From Patescibacteria group bacterium (lineage in GTDB: Bacteria; Patescibacteriota; Minisyncoccia; Phycocordibacterales; Phycocordibacteraceae): a stretch of 64,000 nucleotides of DNA. Made by a program: the position numbers and the translations under genes. Under the pieces are notes generated by a model. It did not search any database, was not told the origin of the DNA, and saw only the letters and a list, made by a program, of their open reading frames with translations. Shown one piece after another: positions 8,556 to 18,703 of this stretch. Where the stretch lies: positions 312,486 through 376,485 of the forward strand of contig JAIELV010000001.1 in NCBI GenBank assembly GCA_019752595.1, in the 5' to 3' direction. The stretch's first letter is position 1; the number at the start of each line of letters is the position of its first letter.

Positions 8556-9588
8556 AGGTGGTTGAGGAGAGCTCCATGACCGCGAGTTCAAGCGGAAGTT
8601 CGGGAATTGGGGAACGTACAGTTTCTATAGAAGCAAGGATAATTTTGCGAAGTGCGTCGGAGTTAATTTTTGAAGCGGTTTCTTTTGAAAGCGATGCCAA
8701 GAAGTCACGGTCGACGTCGGGTAAATCCGCGGAAAGCTCTTCTCCGAACGCAGGCGCGTAGCGCATGAGAAGCAAAATGCGCAACCGTTGAAGAAGAAGC
8801 ATGGCAAACACATTCATGTCCACGTTTGCTTTGACCGCTTCCCCTATTGCGGAAAGGGCGCCATCAGCTTTTCCTTCATGAAGACCCGAAATTACGCGTT
8901 GAATGAGTTCGACTCTCGGCGCACCAGTGACTGAGGCGACTTCTTCGAGGGATACTTTTTTGTCGGATGAGGACGCAAGAATTTTTTGCAATATAGAAAG
9001 CGCATCGCGGAACGAGCCATCAGCAAGGAACGCAATCAATTCCCCCGACGCTTTCTCAAGGGTAAAACCCTCAGCCTTCGCCACTTTCGTCACCATTTCA
9101 GAAAGTACTTTTTGTGTTGGCTTCTTAAACGTGAACACCTGACAGCGCGACTGAATAGTGTCGGGTACTTTTTCCAATTCTGTGGTCGCCAAAATAAACG
9201 CGACATGCGAAGGCGGTTCTTCCAGTAATTTCAAAAAAGCATTAAAAGCGCCTTTCGAAAGCATGTGTACTTCGTCAATAATGTAGACCTTCCTCTTTGA
9301 TTCGAACGGCATCACCGCAGCTTCTTCGCGAAGCTGGCGCATATTGTCGACACCTGTGTTTGAAGCGGCATCTATTTCATGAATATCGGCGTCTGACGCT
9401 TCAAGCTCGCGCGCCAGAATGCGCGCGATTGAAGTTTTCCCTGTACCGCGCGAACCAACAAACAAATACGCGTGTCCTGAATGTTTTTCCTTTAACGCTC
9501 CCTCAAGCGCTTTGATGATATGGTCCTGCCCCAAAACTTCTTTAAAAGAAGAAGGTCGGTATTTCTGATAGAGCGAAGACCCTTGCAT
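8554..9588 (-). CDS. dnaX: DNA polymerase III subunit gamma/tau
   Basis: LYQKYRP, GSRGTGKT, EIDAASN, IIDEVHML, LEEPP, TIQSRC. Confidence 0.95.
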   Translation of the reverse strand: MQGSSLYQKYRPSSFKEVLGQDHIIKALEGALKEKHSGHAYLFVGSRGTGKTSIARILARELEASDADIHEIDAASNTGVDNMRQLREEAAVMPFESKRKVYIIDEVHMLSKGAFNAFLKLLEEPPSHVAFILATTELEKVPDTIQSRCQVFTFKKPTQKVLSEMVTKVAKAEGFTLEKASGELIAFLADGSFRDALSILQKILASSSDKKVSLEEVASVTGAPRVELIQRVISGLHEGKADGALSAIGEAVKANVDMNVFAMLLLQRLRILLLMRYAPAFGEELSADLPDVDRDFLASLSKETASKINSDALRKIILASIETVRSPIPELPLELAVMELSSTT

Positions 9589-9619
9589 GGGGCTAGTATA
9601 GCAGGCAGTTAAAAACTGC

Positions 9620-9856
9620 CTAAAAATTGGGATTCCTCGTGCGTGCATCCGCAAGCCACGCCTCGACCGCAGATTTTGCCTGTACAGGTTCACCTTCATC
9701 CATATCTCGTAAATCCCCACCAGAGTAGGCAAACCTACCCAAAGAGCTCAGTGTTTTATCTTCCTCAAGAAAGAACACATGTTCGCCTCCTGGCGCGTCA
9801 ACTCGAAATTGCTTTCCACGATACACAACGCCAAAATTTCTTTCTGATTCTTGCAT
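9620..9856 (-). CDS. Hypothetical protein
   Basis: 78-aa ORF tightly packed with 9860..10285. Confidence 0.5.
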   Translation of the reverse strand: MQESERNFGVVYRGKQFRVDAPGGEHVFFLEEDKTLSSLGRFAYSGGDLRDMDEGEPVQAKSAVEAWLADARTRNPNF

Positions 9857-9859
9857 AGA

Positions 9860-10285
9860 CTATTCTGCCTCCCGTGGTGCATCGGGGTGAGCGGCAAGCT
9901 CATGTTTGCGTCGATGGAGCGCACTTACTGCAAGATCGAGGTCTGTTGTTCCGCGCCCGCCACCCGCAAGTGGAGAAACGGTGTGCACATGATGTTCAGC
10001 CATTCGTACCGCTCGTTCATGCACGGCAAGCGGGCGGAAGTTTGTGGTGGGGTCATTACTTGTTGGAGAGTGAGTGGTGACAGGTGGCTCAAGCTCTCGC
10101 ACTCTTCGGGAAAGCGCATAACTTTCAGCAATCAAAACCTCTGTTGCCCATCGGTCAGGATTATTACTACCTCGTGCGCGAATTTTTCTTTGCACCTCAT
10201 CGCGACGCGCGCGTAATTTTTCTACATCACCCCACTCATCCACTGAAATTTCATTCGGTCGGACAAGAGGTTTTTCTATGTGCAT
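9860..10285 (-). CDS. Hypothetical protein
   Basis: 141-aa ORF; TATAGT 8 nt upstream of ATG. Confidence 0.5.
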   Translation of the reverse strand: MHIEKPLVRPNEISVDEWGDVEKLRARRDEVQRKIRARGSNNPDRWATEVLIAESYALSRRVRELEPPVTTHSPTSNDPTTNFRPLAVHERAVRMAEHHVHTVSPLAGGGRGTTDLDLAVSALHRRKHELAAHPDAPREAE

Positions 10286-10328
10286 ACTCCCTTACTATAT
10301 TCCCGTCCACCCCGTTGGCAAGGGTTGC

Positions 10329-11183
10329 CTATGCGGATATGAGGCCTGCCAATTTCATGGCTCGAATCATGCGCGTCACGCCGATGCCACCACCAAAGCG
10401 TGGAATGAACTTGTGCTTGAGAAATGCTTCTAACTCCGCCTCCACCCGTTCTTTTCCAAACTGGGCATACAGCGTGTTTGCATACCCGCCGTTTGAAATC
10501 GTATGGAACAAATCACGCATTTCCTCGGGGTTCGTACTGCGCTCCGCGGAACCAATCGTTTCGATGCCGTAGAGAATAACGTCAATTTTTCTTGCAATCG
10601 CTTCATTTCCTTTGCCCTCTTTTTTCATGTTCCAGAACGGTGAGGTGTACTGAGGAAAGTTTTTGAGCAGAGTGACGTTCCCATAATCCTCTCGCATCAT
10701 TGCTTCCTCTTTTGCTTTTATCTCAGGAACACCGTACTTTTCCGCTGCCTCTTTGTAATTCACTTCCTTAAACGTTGCTATATCTCCGAATCCCATGTAG
10801 TGCAGAAGTTCTGTTTCTAACTTTTGCAAATCATCGAGTCCGCCGTGCGTTTCAAATTCAAACATCGGGAAGATGAGATTGTGTCTTCCCGCAATCGGAT
10901 TGGCTTCGTTTCTGTAACTCGTGGTGATGCAGTAATACCCTTTTGCTTCGGGCTTCGTGAGAAGTTCATACTCGAGCCACATCTGGCCTGTTTGTGGTAA
11001 GGGCCACAACTGCCCTGCGTAGTTAAATGTCCCAATAGTGGTTGGATCTTCGCACGCTGCAAGAATGGATAGGCGGTGCTGAGTGGGTGTTTCTAAAAAA
11101 CCTTTTGAGCGGAAAAATTCCCGCATTTTTGTAACCGCTGCGTCGTACTCTTTTGGTTCAATGAGATCTATTGTTGGAGGCAT
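10329..11183 (-). CDS. Class IIb aminoacyl-tRNA synthetase-like protein, catalytic domain only (AsnRS/AspRS paralog, archaeal asparagine synthetase-like)
   Basis: Motif 1 REFFRSKGFLETPT, motif 2 SYRNE...RH...FEFE, ETIGSAER, motif 3 GGGIGVTR; no anticodon-binding OB domain (284 aa). Confidence 0.85.
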   Translation of the reverse strand: MPPTIDLIEPKEYDAAVTKMREFFRSKGFLETPTQHRLSILAACEDPTTIGTFNYAGQLWPLPQTGQMWLEYELLTKPEAKGYYCITTSYRNEANPIAGRHNLIFPMFEFETHGGLDDLQKLETELLHYMGFGDIATFKEVNYKEAAEKYGVPEIKAKEEAMMREDYGNVTLLKNFPQYTSPFWNMKKEGKGNEAIARKIDVILYGIETIGSAERSTNPEEMRDLFHTISNGGYANTLYAQFGKERVEAELEAFLKHKFIPRFGGGIGVTRMIRAMKLAGLISA

Positions 11184-11216
11184 ATGTTTTTTATTATTTT
11201 TTTAATATTAATAAGC

Positions 11217-11244
11217 AAAAAAAAAGCCCCTCTAGAGGGGCTTT
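11217..11244 (-). terminator. Intrinsic terminator after argH
   Basis: AAAGCCCCTC-TA-GAGGGGCTTT followed by a T run on the minus strand. Confidence 0.7.
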
Positions 11245-12518
11245 GAAATCTTGTACTGACCGAGGCGGAGATTCCCCGGACCTCCGATAGAGGTCACTTC
11301 CTTAAGCGCGGCAACCAGATCTGGCACTTTCAAGTCAGCCAGGTTTTCCTTTACCTTTTGGTACGCATCTCTGAACGGCATGCCTTTCTTAACGAGTTTG
11401 TTTGCCTCCGAGGTTGCGAACAATTCAGGAGAAAGCGATTTCATCAAAACGTCCTTTTTCGGCGTTACTTCTGCCATAACCAAAGACATTATTTCCAAGG
11501 AGCGGCGTGCAATGCCCATTCCCTTTATCAGTGGTTCCTTTGTAAGCTGTGTATCACGGTTATAGCCTGAAATGACCCCCTTGCAGACCTCTTTTACCTG
11601 AGTTTGGAGGGCGATGATGACGCCTACGTTTCCGCGAACGATTTCGAACACATCCGGGTTTCTCTTTTGGGGCATGATGCTCGAGCCTGTTGTGAACTGA
11701 TACGGAAGATCAAAGAAATCAAATTCGGGTGTCGTAAACCAAATCATTTCTGATGCAAGGCGACCCAACGTCATGGTGATTTTGGTCAATACCGAAAGAA
11801 TGTAGGATTCCGTTGGTCCGCGGGAATTCACAGCGTAGAGTGAGTTGACCTGCAGGCGGTCAAATTTCAAAAGTTTTGTGGTCAATTCTCGATCCAACGG
11901 AAGGTTTACACCGAAACCTGCAGCGGCGCCCAAAGGATTCTGATCGTTCAGCTTGTATGCTGATTCCAAAATCATGTGGTCGTTAATCAATTCTTCAAGA
12001 TACGCTGCGGCCCAGTGCCCGACTGACGATGGCATTGCGCGCCTGGTGTGCGTATAGCCTGGCATCGGCACAAATTCGTATTTCTTCGCCATCGCGAGAA
12101 ACACTTTCTGCAATGCGATTAGTTCCTCGCTGATTTGTTTCAGCTTCTTTCTTGTATAGAGCCTAGTAGCAACCAACACTTGGTCATTCCTACTTCTTCC
12201 GGTGTGGATTTTCTTGCCGAGCGCACCGTATTTTTCAACCAAGTAATTTTCAATCGCGGTATGGCAGTCTTCGTCCGACTGCTTGATGACAAACTTCCCT
12301 GCCTTATGAAGAGTAAGAATGTCGTTCAATCCTTTGGTTAATTTCACAAGCTCGGCCTTCGTGATTATTTTTGCCTTGAGAAGTGCCTGTGCGTGTGCCT
12401 TGGATGCCTCAATGTCGTACGGCAACAGGCGCATGTCGAGAATATAGTCGTTCCCCACTGTGTATTGTTCCGCAAGCGGGTGAAGTGAGGTTGATTTTGT
12501 CTGCCAGAGTTTTGCCAT
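11232..12518 (-). CDS. argH: Argininosuccinate lyase
   Basis: KLW start, EDCHTAIE, HTGRSRNDQV, MPGYTH, GSSIMPQKRNPD. Confidence 0.9.
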   Translation of the reverse strand: MAKLWQTKSTSLHPLAEQYTVGNDYILDMRLLPYDIEASKAHAQALLKAKIITKAELVKLTKGLNDILTLHKAGKFVIKQSDEDCHTAIENYLVEKYGALGKKIHTGRSRNDQVLVATRLYTRKKLKQISEELIALQKVFLAMAKKYEFVPMPGYTHTRRAMPSSVGHWAAAYLEELINDHMILESAYKLNDQNPLGAAAGFGVNLPLDRELTTKLLKFDRLQVNSLYAVNSRGPTESYILSVLTKITMTLGRLASEMIWFTTPEFDFFDLPYQFTTGSSIMPQKRNPDVFEIVRGNVGVIIALQTQVKEVCKGVISGYNRDTQLTKEPLIKGMGIARRSLEIMSLVMAEVTPKKDVLMKSLSPELFATSEANKLVKKGMPFRDAYQKVKENLADLKVPDLVAALKEVTSIGGPGNLRLGQYKISKPL

Positions 12519-12551
12519 GTTAGTTAGTGTTTAGTGTTTAGCGGTTAGCGG

Positions 12552-13532
12552 TTAGGAATAATTTAGTAATTTTTGCCCATTCGATGACGCGATGTTTACC
12601 AGTGCGTCAAAATCGTAAAATCTGCACGCTTCCATCAAGAACCGCAATTCCGTCCACATATCGCCGTCGACAAACGGTTCATAGAAGTCACACACGTTGT
12701 CGACGCCGAGGCCCACCGTCACTCCAGCCGCAAGCATTTCAGGAACATTGGCAATCGAGTTGTGAACGTTTGAGACTTTGTCATCCAACTGGCGCATGGA
12801 AAGTGCTGCCGTGGGGCACACCGCAACGGCAATTCCTAAGTCTGCGAATTTCTTATAGATTTCTGAACGGTACGCTTTTGGTTGTGCGGAAGTTGAGATT
12901 GCGTGAATCGCCACTGCCCTGCCTTCGTAGCCATGCTTTTTGACCGCATTCGCCAATTTTTCGGAATCGCGCTCATCGGGATTGTTTTCCTGATCGATGT
13001 GCACATGCACAGGCTTATTCAAATTTTTTGCGATTGCAAACAGGATGTCGAGGTTTTCATCATCATTTGGGCGGTCCTTTGATGGCAAGCCCCCTGCGAT
13101 GTCCGCCTTTGCGGTAATTGCTTCATACAACTCACGAGCTTCAGGATTCACCAAGCCACCAAGTGGCTGAGTGATTATTTTGACCTCAATCTTTCCTTTA
13201 TATTCAGCTTTCACTTTCACCGCAGCATCGATGGCTTTATGACCCACGGCGTCGTACGCGTCCACGAACGTGCAGGTGTACGTACACCCCTGTGCAATCA
13301 ACATGTCCAAACCACGGCGAAGCCTTTCTTCAATCTGTTCCTGACTTGAGTTTCTCTTGATGTCGTCTGACATGAGCCACTTTTGCTCCATGTCGAGCAT
13401 TGATTTATCCAAACCTTCCTTGGTGATGTAGTACGCTTTATCAAAGTGCGCGTGACAGTTTGCAAACCCGCCTTTCTCTTTGATGGCCGCGAGCATCTGC
13501 GTTTTCAAATCCCACGGGTTACCAGTGTTCAT
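12552..13532 (-). CDS. Amidohydrolase, cytosine deaminase (CodA)-like
   Basis: NCHAHFDK, HVHIDQ, AIHAIS, VCP, GLGVDNVCD metal-binding motifs. Confidence 0.85.
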   Translation of the reverse strand: MNTGNPWDLKTQMLAAIKEKGGFANCHAHFDKAYYITKEGLDKSMLDMEQKWLMSDDIKRNSSQEQIEERLRRGLDMLIAQGCTYTCTFVDAYDAVGHKAIDAAVKVKAEYKGKIEVKIITQPLGGLVNPEARELYEAITAKADIAGGLPSKDRPNDDENLDILFAIAKNLNKPVHVHIDQENNPDERDSEKLANAVKKHGYEGRAVAIHAISTSAQPKAYRSEIYKKFADLGIAVAVCPTAALSMRQLDDKVSNVHNSIANVPEMLAAGVTVGLGVDNVCDFYEPFVDGDMWTELRFLMEACRFYDFDALVNIASSNGQKLLNYS

Positions 13533-14158
13533 ATATTTTGAGGATGTTCTTGTAAATATTTTGCTCCATGTCCAACATCTGTGCGTATGGGCATCGCTTT
13601 AAGCCAGTCTGGAACTTCGTCTTCTGCAAAACTCGGCATGGGAATAACGGCAAGCGAATTCAACGGGCATCCGAAGGTTTTTTCGTTCACATTGTCAGGG
13701 TCGCGGTTTACCAGAATTGAAACTTGTACCACTTCACCTCCTGCGGCGCGAACAGTATCAATTACTTTTTTTACCGAACCTCCCGTCGCGACCGTATCTT
13801 CAACAACAAGAACGCGTTTACCTTTTACCAACTGGTCGTACCCGCGTTTAAATATTTGCCCGTTTTCAGGCGTCTTTTCGGTAAATAGACCTAGAACTTC
13901 TTTACCCGTTATGAGAGACAAGTGGTATGAAGTCCACTGAGAAAAAGGAATTCCAGCGACTGCTGGAGAAACAACCACTTCTATATTTTTGTCTTTATTT
14001 AACTCCGCAAACATTCGTGAAAATTCGGAAACAATTTTTGCATGCGGAAGGAATTTGTCTTTATTCATGTAGCCGTGAAGGTGTCGACCTGATGTGCCGA
14101 TAAAGTGCCCCTCAAGTACTGCACCAGTTTCCTTTAGTATTTTTACGACGTCATCCAT
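13529..14158 (-). CDS. pyrE: Orotate phosphoribosyltransferase / type I PRTase
   Basis: GHFIGTSGRH, VLVVEDTVATGGSV PRPP loop. Confidence 0.8.
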   Translation of the reverse strand: MDDVVKILKETGAVLEGHFIGTSGRHLHGYMNKDKFLPHAKIVSEFSRMFAELNKDKNIEVVVSPAVAGIPFSQWTSYHLSLITGKEVLGLFTEKTPENGQIFKRGYDQLVKGKRVLVVEDTVATGGSVKKVIDTVRAAGGEVVQVSILVNRDPDNVNEKTFGCPLNSLAVIPMPSFAEDEVPDWLKAMPIRTDVGHGAKYLQEHPQNI

Positions 14159-14266
14159 AGAGTTCTGACGTCACTGCAGTTTTCTTAAAAAAATACACCC
14201 TGGGACGGGTGTTCGTTTTTTTAATAACCGCGTTGGTCATTAAAGTCCTAGTATATAGCACCATTC

Positions 14267-15274
14267 TTACTTTGTCAAAGCATCAAGGTATTTTTCCACA
14301 ATGCCTGCCACTTCTTCGGCTGAATTGGTAGCCATAAGTTGCGCTCGCAATTCGGCAGCTCCGTCAAAACCGTTCACATAAGCCTTGTAGTGTTTCTTCA
14401 TAATCGCAAAGCTCTTATGCGGAAGGAGCTCCTCGTAGAGCTCTGTGTGCTCCACCAATACCCTCAATTTCTCCTCAGTCGATATGGTCGACTTACGAAG
14501 TCGACCATTCTGTAATTCTTGAGAATTTGAGAATAACCACGGGTTGCCGAAAATCGCTTTACCGAGCATTGCGCCGTCCGCGCCTGTAGCCGCGACCCGC
14601 TCACGCGCGTCATCCATATTCTGAATATCGCCGTTGCCCATGATGAACACATTCGGATTTACCGCATCACGTATTTCAACCGCCCGCTTCACCCTCTCCC
14701 AGCGTGCAGGCACCAGAGACATTTCTTTTCTAGTTCGTGCGTGCAAGGTAATAACCGCGGGGTTGGCGGATAAAAGCTGCGGAAGCCACTCTTCCAATTC
14801 ATCTTTGTTGTACCCGAGGCGGGTTTTCACTGACACAGGAAGTTCTTTTGCTCCAGCTTTTGCTGCAAAGATAATTTCTTTCGCCAATGCTGGGTCTTTT
14901 ATCATCGCGGCGCCTGCTTTTTGTTTCTCAATTGATTTGTCAGGACATCCCATGTTTATGTCGATACCATCAAATCCAAGCTCACGCGCAAGCGCTGCAG
15001 CTTTCTCCATTGTTTCAGGGCGCGAGGTGAAAAATTGCGCAACTATCGGCCGTTCCGCTTCGGTGAATATCAAATCTGCGAGCAATTTCTTTCTCCCCTC
15101 CTCAGGTGCAAACGCCAGGCCATCGGCGGAGACGAACTCCGTCCACATCACCGAGGGGCCGTCGGGCTTAGAATATTTTGCAATCAGCCTTCGAAACGAA
15201 GCGTCGGTAACATCCGCCATCGGCGCCAACACAAAAAATGGTTTGGGGAGCGTGTCCCAGAATCCTCTATTCAT
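14267..15274 (-). CDS. dusB: tRNA-dihydrouridine synthase
   Basis: LAPMADVTD, TEFVS, IDINMGCP, SVKTRLG, HARTR, GNGDI. Confidence 0.9.
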   Translation of the reverse strand: MNRGFWDTLPKPFFVLAPMADVTDASFRRLIAKYSKPDGPSVMWTEFVSADGLAFAPEEGRKKLLADLIFTEAERPIVAQFFTSRPETMEKAAALARELGFDGIDINMGCPDKSIEKQKAGAAMIKDPALAKEIIFAAKAGAKELPVSVKTRLGYNKDELEEWLPQLLSANPAVITLHARTRKEMSLVPARWERVKRAVEIRDAVNPNVFIMGNGDIQNMDDARERVAATGADGAMLGKAIFGNPWLFSNSQELQNGRLRKSTISTEEKLRVLVEHTELYEELLPHKSFAIMKKHYKAYVNGFDGAAELRAQLMATNSAEEVAGIVEKYLDALTK

Positions 15275-15290
15275 GAGTCGTTACTATAGC

Positions 15291-15313
15291 AAAAACCCGC
15301 CACTGGCGGGTTT
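15291..15313. terminator. Intrinsic terminator-like hairpin
   Basis: AAAAACCCGCCA-C-TGGCGGGTTT. Confidence 0.6.
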
Positions 15314-15318
15314 AAAAA

Positions 15319-15516
15319 TTATTCACCACGTAACATTTCTCGACGTGCAGGACCGTCTCTGTGTATGTCCCACACTGCAATTCGAAGCCTCGTTATTGCG
15401 GCCCAAATGCGAGTATCACTCTCTTCTTGCCCATCACGCACAAATTCAGCGCGCGGAACGGTGTGTGCCGTCGCGGCGTACTGCTGCTGCTCGGGGGTCC
15501 ACTTAAAATGATCCAT
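15319..15516 (-). CDS. Hypothetical small protein
   Basis: 65-aa ORF filling the gap, followed by a terminator. Confidence 0.4.
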   Translation of the reverse strand: MDHFKWTPEQQQYAATAHTVPRAEFVRDGQEESDTRIWAAITRLRIAVWDIHRDGPARREMLRGE

Positions 15517-15558
15517 GCATCTATGGTAACACAGGATGGGTAATTGTCAATATCCTCA

Positions 15559-16380
15559 TTATTCCTTAAATTTCACGTATACCTTGTTCCCAAAGCGGAA
15601 ATCAGCATACTCGAAATCGGTCCTTCCCTTGAGCTTTTGTGAGGCAAAAACAGAGGCAATATTCTCCAAGGTGCTGGTCGCGTCTTCGGTCATAACAAAC
15701 TTTAACTCCCCGCCCCCGACAAACGAAAGCGCGACATCTGAATTCGGTTCTACAAAAACTGCGTCTGCCGTTCTGCCAAGAGTTTTGGCGGTCTCCGCCA
15801 CAAACGCGTGGAGAGCAGGAAATTTTCCTGACAAGAATGATGAGCCTACTGGTTCAGACTCAATCCTGCCACTATAGCGAACATACGCGTCAGCGGAATC
15901 TGCAACCATATATATAAATCCTGTTTCATCGGCAAAGTAACAGGTACTAGAAATTTCTTCCGTACCCTGTGCACACCAGAGCGCCACGGGAGTTCTTTCC
16001 GAAACAGTAACGGAAATTGAAGTCAGACTGGTATGAGAAACTTTTGCCCCTTTCACGATCGGGAATGTGCCTGTTATCGCGCGCGCGATGTCACTGTTCG
16101 GCACGAACAGCGTATTGCGCTTTGGAATCACCAGCCCATACGAACCTGAAATTTCTTCCTCAACAATTCGCTGTATCAAAGAGGCATCGGCGACTGACGT
16201 GCCGATTACTTCTATTTTTGAAATCGTGACCTCAGAGAGGCGCACTACAAAAAACAAACCTCCGAGAAAAAGGAGTACTACAATAACTCCAGCGGCTATT
16301 TTAATCTGCAACATTTTCCTCCGTCTATCGCGTAGGCGGAGTTTTGGCTGAATCGGCTCTGGGCGCTTTCGAGCTTTCAC
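15559..16380 (-). CDS. FtsQ/DivIB-like POTRA protein
   Basis: Basic N-terminus, one TM, ISKIEVIG...ISVTVSERTPVALW, C-terminal YADFRFGNKVYVK. Confidence 0.75.
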   Translation of the reverse strand: MKARKRPEPIQPKLRLRDRRRKMLQIKIAAGVIVVLLFLGGLFFVVRLSEVTISKIEVIGTSVADASLIQRIVEEEISGSYGLVIPKRNTLFVPNSDIARAITGTFPIVKGAKVSHTSLTSISVTVSERTPVALWCAQGTEEISSTCYFADETGFIYMVADSADAYVRYSGRIESEPVGSSFLSGKFPALHAFVAETAKTLGRTADAVFVEPNSDVALSFVGGGELKFVMTEDATSTLENIASVFASQKLKGRTDFEYADFRFGNKVYVKFKE

Positions 16381-17639
16381 TTCTTGATTATATCGCTGCC
16401 AAAATAAGGCTGGAGTGCGGGAGGTATTTTTACGGAACCGTCTTCCTGCTGATAGTTTTCAATAAGCGTAACCAAAATACGCGGCGTAGCGATTGCGGTG
16501 TTGTTTAAGGAGTGCGCGAAATGCATCTTCCCCTCTTTATCCTTGTAACGGATGTTCATGCGACGCGTTTGGAAATCATGGAAGTACGACGCGGAGCTGA
16601 CTTCACGATACGTTTCTTCTCCTGGCACCCATGCTTCGATGTCGTATTTCTTTACCTGCCCAAGCCCGATGTCACCACCACAGTTCACGACAGTACGATA
16701 CGGTATTCCCAATGACTCAATAAATTCTTCCGTGTTTCGAGTAAGCCACTCGTGCCACTTCACCGATTCTTCGTGCGAGGCTTCACACAAAAGCACCTGT
16801 TCCCATTTATAAAATTCGTGCACGCGGATCAACCCTTTTACGTCTTTGCTGTGGCTTCCCGCTTCGCGCCTAAAGCACGGAGAGAATCCTAAATATTTGA
16901 GCGGTAGTTCATCCATGTTGAGTACATCGTTCATGTGGTAGCCCATGAGTCCCACTTCTGCCGTACCTGCAAGGTAATCACCGTCCTGTGTCTTATATAA
17001 GTCATCCTCGCCCTGAGGTATGTAGCCCGTACCTAAAAAGTTCACACGACGCAACAAGGACGGCACGATAATCGGATTGAAACCTTTCTCTGTGAAAAAA
17101 CGCTGGGCGTGCTGCCACACTGCCATGTTCAATAGCGCACCAGGGCCTTTGAGGAAATACCCGCGGAAGCCAGCCACTTTCGTACCCCGCTCGAAATCAA
17201 CCATTTTCAGGTTTTCCATTATTTCGATATGGGATTTTGGTGTGAAAGAGAATTTTGTTTTCTCACCCCAATTCCGCACCTCTTTGTTGTCTTTGTCAGA
17301 CTCGCCTTCAGGAACTGAAATATCGGGGATGTTCGGAACCTGCACCATCAGGGTCTGCCACTCCACCATCACACCTTTCAGCTCCTCCTCGCGCTCTGAG
17401 GAAGCGTCTTTCAAAATCTTCATCTCACGCAAAAGCTGTTCGCGCTCAACAGGGCTGGCGCCTGGGATTTTCTCGCTTGCCTGATTCTGCTTGGCGCGCG
17501 CGGCTTCAACCGCCGTCATGAGTTCACGGCGTTTGTCGTCAACGACCAAAAGTCGATCGAGGTCGACGGAGATATGCTTTTTTACAGCGCCCGCTTTGAC
17601 GAGCTCCAGGTTGTCGCGGATAAATTTAATATCCAGCAT
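16377..17639 (-). CDS. serS: Serine--tRNA ligase
   Basis: MLDIKFIR, GTAEV, CFRREAGS, RVHEF, KKYDIEAW, NNTAIATPR. Confidence 0.97.
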   Translation of the reverse strand: MLDIKFIRDNLELVKAGAVKKHISVDLDRLLVVDDKRRELMTAVEAARAKQNQASEKIPGASPVEREQLLREMKILKDASSEREEELKGVMVEWQTLMVQVPNIPDISVPEGESDKDNKEVRNWGEKTKFSFTPKSHIEIMENLKMVDFERGTKVAGFRGYFLKGPGALLNMAVWQHAQRFFTEKGFNPIIVPSLLRRVNFLGTGYIPQGEDDLYKTQDGDYLAGTAEVGLMGYHMNDVLNMDELPLKYLGFSPCFRREAGSHSKDVKGLIRVHEFYKWEQVLLCEASHEESVKWHEWLTRNTEEFIESLGIPYRTVVNCGGDIGLGQVKKYDIEAWVPGEETYREVSSASYFHDFQTRRMNIRYKDKEGKMHFAHSLNNTAIATPRILVTLIENYQQEDGSVKIPPALQPYFGSDIIKK

Positions 17640-17662
17640 AGTGGTACATTAGATACTAGCAT

Positions 17663-18526
17663 ATGGGCATTATCAGAACGCTTGCTCAGAATGAATATCC
17701 TGCGCTCCTTCGGGAAATCCCTTCGCCACCAAAGGAACTTTACGTGCGAGGCGCACTTCCGCCTCCCGAAACAAAACTTTTAACCGTAGTCGGCTCTAGA
17801 GCAATGAGCAGATACGGCAAAGACGCTTGTGAGGCACTCATTGCGGGACTTTCGGGTTACCCCGTTGCCATCGTCTCAGGACTTGCGCTCGGCATCGACA
17901 CCATTGCTCACAAAGCTGCACTTTCGGCAGGACTTCCTACCATTGCGGTCCCAGGCTCAGGACTTGATGATTCGGTTCTCTACCCGCGAGCGAATTTTGC
18001 ACTTGCGAAAGAAATTGAAAATAAAGGAGGCGCGCTGTTGTCCGAATTCGACCCACTATGGAAACCCCGACCTGAAAGTTTTCCGCAGAGAAACCGCATT
18101 ATGGCAGGTATGAGTCATGCAACACTCGTCATTGAAGCAGGAGAAAAATCAGGAACACTGATTACCGCGCGTATGGCATCAGACTACGGCCGCGAGCTTT
18201 TGATTGTCCCGCATTCAATATTCGCGGACGGCGGTGCGGGCGGACATATATTTATGAAAATCGGCGCGACGCCCATTCGAACATCCGCCGATATTTTGGA
18301 AGCACTTGGTATTGAAGCGGGTGCGCCAACCGTCATGCCTGATTTAAATGAGGACGAAAAAATAGTTATCAACATGCTTATAGAACCTACTCCGCGGGAC
18401 GAGCTCATCCGTTCACTTACATCAGATTTCTCCTTCGATGTCAGTCGTGCAAACGTGCTTTTAGCGTCGATGGAACTCAGAGGTTTGATTGCAGAATCGA
18501 TGGGTGAAATTAGGAAAGGGATTTGA
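17663..18526 (+). CDS. dprA: DNA-processing protein DprA
   Basis: YPALLREI, VGSR, IVSGLALGID, FPQRNRI, SGTLITA. Confidence 0.95.
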   Translation: MGIIRTLAQNEYPALLREIPSPPKELYVRGALPPPETKLLTVVGSRAMSRYGKDACEALIAGLSGYPVAIVSGLALGIDTIAHKAALSAGLPTIAVPGSGLDDSVLYPRANFALAKEIENKGGALLSEFDPLWKPRPESFPQRNRIMAGMSHATLVIEAGEKSGTLITARMASDYGRELLIVPHSIFADGGAGGHIFMKIGATPIRTSADILEALGIEAGAPTVMPDLNEDEKIVINMLIEPTPRDELIRSLTSDFSFDVSRANVLLASMELRGLIAESMGEIRKGI

Positions 18527-18703
18527 CCCGTACACTACACTTTGGCATCACTGCTTCTTGTTTTTACTATTTTTTTATACAAACAAATACAGAAACTTAA
18601 AAATTATTTTTTGACAAACTAGTGAACGTTTTGCAACAAAAACATCATGCCAAAGTTAGTGTCAGGGTTGACACTATTCAATTCTTACCTTAGTACTGTC
18701 GGA

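Noticed and set aside
14634-15506. 290-aa plus-strand ORF
   Set aside because: Antisense shadow of the dus gene.
17663-18526. Alternative genetic code (TGA recoded)
   Set aside because: Conserved genes such as dprA and serS end properly at TGA and show no in-frame TGA.
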